64,000 bases of DNA, taken from contig JACPEK010000001.1 of assembly GCA_016183535.1 (NCBI GenBank), positions 15,519-79,518 of the forward strand. The letters are read 5' to 3'. This DNA comes from Candidatus Brennerbacteria bacterium. Lineage in GTDB: Bacteria > Patescibacteriota > Minisyncoccia > UBA6257 > GWB1-50-10. Of this stretch, positions 63,720 through 64,000 are shown piece after piece (the first letter of the stretch is position 1; each line of letters opens with the position of its first letter). The position numbers and the translations under genes are program-made. The notes under the pieces are model-generated. The model made no database searches. It was not told where the DNA came from and worked only from the letters and a program-made list of their open reading frames with translations.

Positions 63720-64000
63720 TTAGAGGAAAAACATGAGGATGCCGATGCCGATCATGGCCACACCTCCCGCCCACCGCATCGCACTCCGTTCCTTCCTCTG
63801 CCACGCGCGCACCTTGTCGAGAAGTGCGGGATTCGACGCGATGCCAAGTATCACAATGAGCGGCAGAACAAAGATGAGATTATAGAGGATGAGATACGAA
63901 AGCCCCGATACGTAAGTGGTCTGATCATGGAGCAAGCCCAACGCCGCAAGGTAAGGGCCGCCCGTGCATGGGAATTCGCAGATTCCGACAAAAGCGCCCA
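63720..64000 (-). CDS. CcdA/DsbD-family thiol-disulfide transporter (partial, start beyond window)
   Basis: Minus-strand frame open to the window edge; ..GAFVGICEFPCTGGPYLAALG.. (CxxPC-type motif). Confidence 0.7.
   Translation of the reverse strand, partial: GAFVGICEFPCTGGPYLAALGLLHDQTTYVSGLSYLILYNLIFVLPLIVILGIASNPALLDKVRAWQRKERSAMRWAGGVAMIGIGILMFFL

Noticed and set aside
1-64000. CRISPR arrays, rRNA genes, reverse transcriptase/DGR or retron elements
   Set aside because: No regularly spaced short direct repeats, no rRNA-like conserved stretches and no RT motifs (YxDD) were seen on either strand

Overview
This 64-kb window comes from a small-genome bacterium. Many DUF-type envelope proteins (DUF4012, Gmad2, 3D-domain, DUF5652-like) suggest a Patescibacteria/CPR-like lineage, but that is an inference from gene content only.

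Most of the window is densely packed housekeeping genes, supported directly by the translated ORFs:
- A glycerate/lower-glycolysis block: FemAB-family fragment, MOFRL glycerate kinase, PEP synthase, D-2-hydroxyacid dehydrogenase, enolase, pyruvate kinase.
- secA, rmuC, alanine racemase and lepA.
- A cell-envelope glycan cluster: DUF4012, two GT4 glycosyltransferases and a polyprenyl-phosphate sugar transferase.
- rsmI, rplS, a Fe/Mn superoxide dismutase, endonuclease III, two pseudouridine synthases, msrB and an M23 peptidase.
- A MacAB-like exporter with a long HlyD adaptor, and an ECF sigma factor with a candidate anti-sigma protein.
- rpmA, rplI, a CtpA-like S41 protease, def, fmt, obg, an AlkA-like glycosylase, a DEAD-box helicase, typA and ftsEX.
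- A release factor 2 that lacks domain 1 and sits directly behind tRNA-Thr.
- RNase P RNA, and a thiol-disulfide cluster (VIT-family transporter, SHOCT, DoxX, CPYC thioredoxin-fold protein, VKOR-like protein, partial CcdA).
- Four tRNAs: Gly-CCC, Leu-GAG, Gln-CUG and Thr-CGU.

The main accessory finding is a family of large-serine-recombinase elements that target the extreme 3' end of tRNA genes. Their crossover core, TGGTGC, is the reverse complement of the tRNA 3' terminus GCACCA.
- An intact 504-aa recombinase ends inside tRNA-Leu.
- A 5'-truncated paralogue lies 1.3 kb upstream.
- Two 91-bp inverted att-like repeats flank a promoter-driven membrane-protein gene.
- A decayed relic at tRNA-Gly keeps only the last ~35 recombinase codons, the same 27-bp motif at the same spacing, and an SDH-family serine protease as cargo.

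Other accessory observations:
- A GGCTCGAACC 10-mer recurs in two different reading frames in each recombinase copy.
- A LAGLIDADG homing-endonuclease gene and a GNAT acetyltransferase flank tRNA-Gln in an AT-rich islet that also holds a tRNA 3'-end-like fragment.
- Three consecutive ORFs look like pieces of one ~850-aa gene interrupted by a frameshift and an in-frame TGA.
- A promoter-to-terminator unit with no ORF sits between the pterin dehydratase and SOD genes.
- No CRISPR array, rRNA or reverse transcriptase was seen.
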